A stretch of DNA of 64,000 nt from Amoebophrya sp. A120 (Eukaryota; Protista; Dinoflagellata): the NCBI GenBank assembly GCA_905178155.1, contig CAJINV010000005.1:4837394-4901393 (forward strand), written 5' to 3'. The notes beneath the pieces are model-generated. The model saw nothing but the letters and a program-made list of their open reading frames with translations, was not told where the DNA came from and made no database searches. Numbering within the stretch: the stretch's first letter is position 1; every line of letters begins with the position of its first letter. A program made the translations under genes and the position numbers. This document shows, piece after piece, positions 60,201-64,000 of this stretch.

Positions 60201-62008
60201 GCATGTACTAGGGCTGGGATTATGAAGCGGAGGCCATTAGACTACGAGGGCAAATATGTAATGGGCCAGACGATGAGAAAAGCGACAAACTTACTTAGGG
60301 GCTCACTAGCTAGCAAGGGCGCGAGGGGCTATCAATCGCAAGTAAAGCGGCCTAGGGAGAAAATGCTTAAGACTCGACAAAAGCCAAAGGAATCATCAAC
60401 GATGCGAAAAAAGCGAAAAAACAACAGAGAATCAGAGGCGCAGGCTAGAGGAAGAAAAAACGCTTAACGGTCTCTCAGGAACAAGAGGAAAATCGTAGCC
60501 AAAAAACCAGAAGAGATTCTTTCAGTTAAGGGGAAAAAAAAAAGAGGATAGGACGCGAGTTGTCATGCAAATTTGCTGCAATGACAAGAACATCTGCGAT
60601 GCGCATCCCCCGGATAGGCATTTGCAATCGTGTTTGGGGATTTGTGCTGCTGTAAACACGATCAGGACATGAATTTGTAATGCGGCTGGTGTTAATTTGT
60701 AGTTCTATCCGTGGATGAAACAACATACAAACCTGAAAGACATCACAACAATTTAGATGCTGATTGTGTGGTCACAAATCATCTTTGTCTTGTATATAGG
60801 ATCATAGGAGCCATTTGACGCATTCCAGAGCAAGTCTGTCATGCGCTTTCGACTACTGCAAGCCTGTTTGTCATGCGCAATTGCTAGCCTTCTGCATACC
60901 CAAACAAGCTGAGAAAATGCCGCCAAGCACTTTCTGCAAGACAGATCTGATTTGTGTACGCAAATCCAGCATGAGAAACTTCGTTTCGATATGGGGAGGG
61001 GGGATTTTTCCTCTCAATACGAGGATGAGGGAGTACTTGGTGTTGTTGATGTTCATCGCGAGCTGCAAATCCTCCTTGTATGGGGGTGTCAGGATTGAAA
61101 TCGACAAATTTGAAATGATTTGTCATGCATAAAATCGATACCAGTTGGAAGCACAATTTCGAAGCGGTGCATGAGAAATTTCGGCACCGTCTAAATCCAG
61201 TTTGTCATGCTGTTTAGGCACAGAAGGCGTCTTTTGTCATGCTACTTTAGCAGCTCTATCGCAGACCCCAAACAGGCTTACGATCCGCCTCACTTGCCAT
61301 CCCGGCAAGACAGGCACTTCATGCCTTGCATTTTATTCATCGCAAACTCTTTCAACTTTGACGATTTCAAACCTGACACATCCATACCTTGTACGCACCA
61401 AATAAGCTGTCGAAGAAATACGGGCCGGGAATGAAGCAACAAACCAGCACGTGGACGATCAGCAAGTGGCAGGTTCTCCTCGGATCCACCAGGTACTTCA
61501 TCCACCGGTCTAAACAGGTCCTACCGGGTCGCGACGAGGAGCTCGACGGGCTGGTGCTGGAGGAGTTCTGCTCTTCATGATTGCCCCGCGACCCCTGCTG
61601 GTCGTAGTTGTTGTCCGCTCCTCCTGCTCCTCTTGTTCCGATATTAAGGAGGTTGCTGGAAGAGGAATTCCTTGAACTGGCCGGCGAATTGTCTCTACTA
61701 CTCGTTGCTGCGAAAGTATCGAACGCGTGGCCCGCATTTTCGTTCGTGCCGTCGAGGGCGGGCAAGGCGATGGAGAGCACGGGTTCGGACCCCGCGGTCC
61801 GGATCCACTCTTGCTTGGTCTTTTGCACGTAGAGTTCCGGATTATTACTTACTCGGCTGGGCGGTCGCTGCTGCTGTTGTTGTGAGGCAGCATGGTCAGA
61901 TGGATTCAGCAGCGGGCGGTCGCGCCGATTGTTCCCGGCGGACGGCGAGGACGGCCTGCGCGGGCCCTGCTGTCTGCGCTGGTTCTGGCTCGGTTGCGAA
62001 GAACGCAT
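57234..62008 (-). CDS. MFS transporter, MFSD1-like
   Basis: Multiple hydrophobic helices; HVLVCCFIPGPYFFDS, SGPAGFLVRNWG, ILGRVLFWAG, IVYGHLVDATG. Joins YK|EDL, LIL|ATG and ALK|FSF are in frame. Confidence 0.8.
59057..59336. mobile_element. Introner family D
   Basis: TSD tttca/tttca. Confidence 0.9.
59734..61019. mobile_element. Introner family F expanded by an internal insertion of about 965 bp
   Basis: Family F TIRs 1286 bp apart; TSD cgaga/cgagg. Confidence 0.85.
59791..60755 (-). mobile_element. Retroposed insertion (poly-A tail plus 10-bp TSD) nested in an introner
   Basis: gatgctgatt duplicated at 59781-59790 and 60756-60765; T-run at 59789-59802. Confidence 0.75.
61079..61386. mobile_element. 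Introner family I, inverted relative to the 55313 and 56021 copies
   Basis: TSD ccttg/ccttg. Confidence 0.9.
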
Positions 62009-62280
62009 GGGATAGAGAGTTTTGGTGGATCGAGTTTAGTCATAAGCTAAAGAAACACTACTAGCGCAGCGGTAGCGAATATAGACGGGGTGTGGGAAAT
62101 TAGTTCATGAGGCTGCTGATCATTTTTCAGATTTTGTTGTGTTCACTTCGTCACTTCCAGTGCTGGCGTTGGGTTCTTGACATAGAAGCTCTCAACCTAT
62201 CTACTACAAACTCTGTGGCAGAACAATCTCGACAGTGGGCCAGGAGTATGACACACAGCGGCGAATGCTTTTACGTCATC

Positions 62281-63833
62281 TGTGGAAGCCCGACCGACCT
62301 CAAGGCCGCGTAGCTGCGCTGCGACGGCCCGAGCGCCCCGCCGCGCGCCGCGGTGCTATTCGGGGGGCCCACTGCCTTGGCGCAACGGGAGCAAAAGCCG
62401 CGCCGAACCGGCTGGCGGGCGGCGCAGCTTCAAGCATTGGCGGCGGGGCCGTGGGGTTTGCTTGGAACCGCAACCGGGCGCCATTGCCGGCGGAGGTTTT
62501 CCGCCGGGCGGCGGGGGGCCATCGCGCAGGCGGGCGGCAGCGAAGCAGGCCGCGCCCTCCGAAGTAAAGCGGGCCGGGCCGGCTAGGGGCCGGCAGGCCC
62601 CCTGCGCGCGCCTGCCCCGGCTGGGAACTCCGAGACGCCCCCGCCCCCCTCGGCATTCCCGCAGGCGGTCTGCGCGCGAAAGCCTTCGGCCCGCCGCTGG
62701 CCCGCAATGACCGCGGGAAGCTTCTTAGCCGCGCGCACTGCACGCGCGGCCGGGCGTTTGCAATCGAGGCCCGCAGCGTGGCGCCTTCGTTCTCCTTATC
62801 CCGCAGCATTTTGGACGGCGAGCATCGCGCGGCTCGGTACTTTCGTGAACTGTCGCCCGGATGGCCTTCGAACCTGGGCCCGGGATCCAGGGAGGCCGCC
62901 AAACTGGAAACCAAGCGCCGGGAAAGGGGAAAGCGTAGGCAAAGCCCCGCCGATCTTTTCGAAGGCCCTCCGGGAGCCCTCCGCCGCGCGAGGCGTACCG
63001 CGGGAAATGCGAAGGCTGCGGCGCGCTAAGTCGCCAAGAACATCCGCGGGCCCGTATATATAAGGCGCCGGCCACCATTACTGCCACACGGCCGCCCAAG
63101 AAACAGGCGGCCTGGCCGGCCGGGCTTTGAAAGATTCGCGCCCTGAAACCCCCAGCGCGTCCCCGCGCGACGGGGCCGGCTGCCGAGCTTCCCCGGGCAG
63201 GCCGCTGCCCTTTTCCTCGCGCACCGGCCCCGCCGCTTTCTGTGCCTGCGGCGCCCCTGTTTGCGCGGCAAAAAGGAGAAGGGCAACGGGCGCCACGGCT
63301 TCTGTTCGGCGGGGACGCCCGGCAAGGGCGGCGCTGCCAAGATTGGCCGCCTGCGGTCTTGGGGTAGTTCTTCGCGCTTTCGTCGGGGTTGTACAAAATG
63401 CCGGAAATCTGCGGCCCCCCCCCCCGAATTGCGCCAGCTTATGCGCCCGCTGGGCCTGCGCCTTTTCTTCGGTCTGCGCTGCCTTTCCCTCGGTCTGCGT
63501 CAGGCCCTCAGTCTTCTGGGCCTGCGCCTCGCGGCCCGGCCGTCGCTTCTGCGACGGGCAACCCCCGCGGCGCCGGGCGCCGCCGCCTATGTTTCTTCGG
63601 CGTCTCAGCTTTGCGGCGGCCCTTCCCGCTTTGGCCCGGCGGGCCCCCGCCGCCAGCAGCCAAGCGCCCCTGGCCCGTTCCGTTTTGGCGACAGCCGCGC
63701 GATTCGAATAACGGCCCGAGCCTGCGCCACCGAGTCACGCGTGCGCGCGCTGTGGCGTCAGCATTGCTTTTCGCTCATCATCGTGGCGGCAAACACTAAC
63801 CGCGCAGCGGCGCATCGCTCGACCTTCGGAACA
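62281..63833 (+). mobile_element. GC-rich intergenic island, possible solo LTR
   Basis: Candidate TGT...ACA ends, flanks catc/cttc, internal TATATATAA at about 63055. Confidence 0.4.
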
Positions 63834-64000
63834 CTTCGCCAAAACCTCCTGCGCTCAAGGCCCTTTACTCCTGCGCTGCTCACCAAAGTACATACTTACT
63901 CGCCCGCGACCCGGGCAGCTGCCATTGAGAAACTAGCTTATTTAGTTGTGTCGTACTTGCTTTCTAGTTATCGTCGTGTTAAAAAAAATCATTTCAAGCT

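Noticed and set aside
4070-61156. Many short ORFs with recurring peptides (MQKCLGLE, FQTQTFLHL, LPDPDIF, SIVLV, PPPHI)
   Set aside because: These are translations of introner TIRs, not a protein family.
3932-61386. Recurrent 30-bp repeats read as a CRISPR array or bacterial REP elements
   Set aside because: The repeats are inverted pairs dispersed inside eukaryotic genes with TSDs; there is no direct repeat-spacer array and no cas genes.
758-61832. Long plus-strand ORFs (e.g. 758-1393, 10924-11670, 29867-30502, 40472-41116)
   Set aside because: They are antisense shadows of minus-strand coding exons with no recognisable motifs.
59791-63833. Autonomous transposase or reverse transcriptase in the insert or GC islands
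   Set aside because: No DDE, YxDD or integrase motifs in the listed ORFs; the island ORFs are GC-driven Arg/Ala/Gly-rich noise.
1-64000. Dinoflagellate spliced-leader relics, tRNA or rRNA genes
   Set aside because: No CCGTAGCCATTTTGGCTCAAG-like match or RNA gene pattern was noticed by eye; a covariance-model scan was not possible.

Overview
Eukaryotic genomic DNA, most consistent with a Syndiniales parasitic dinoflagellate such as Amoebophrya (inferred from gene content and intron architecture). About 12 genes all lie on the minus strand: an SF2/SNF2-like helicase (partial, disrupted), CPSF73, an AP2-domain protein, IWS1/Spn1, a LicD-type nucleotidyltransferase, a double-CutA protein, a microbial-type PARG, CCDC103, an MFSD1-like transporter and three low-complexity hypotheticals. 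The dominant feature is about 58 short MITE-like introner elements (mostly 130-450 bp) of at least 9 terminal-inverted-repeat (TIR) families. They end in TAT...ATA, are usually flanked by a 5-bp target-site duplication (TSD), sit almost only inside coding sequence, occur in both orientations, mostly lack GT-AG, and share an internal TGT(A/C/G)ATGC motif. Removing the element plus 5 nt restores the reading frame at every junction I translated. There are also nested insertions and two GC-rich islands that may be solo LTRs. Coordinates were read by eye and may be off by a few bases.
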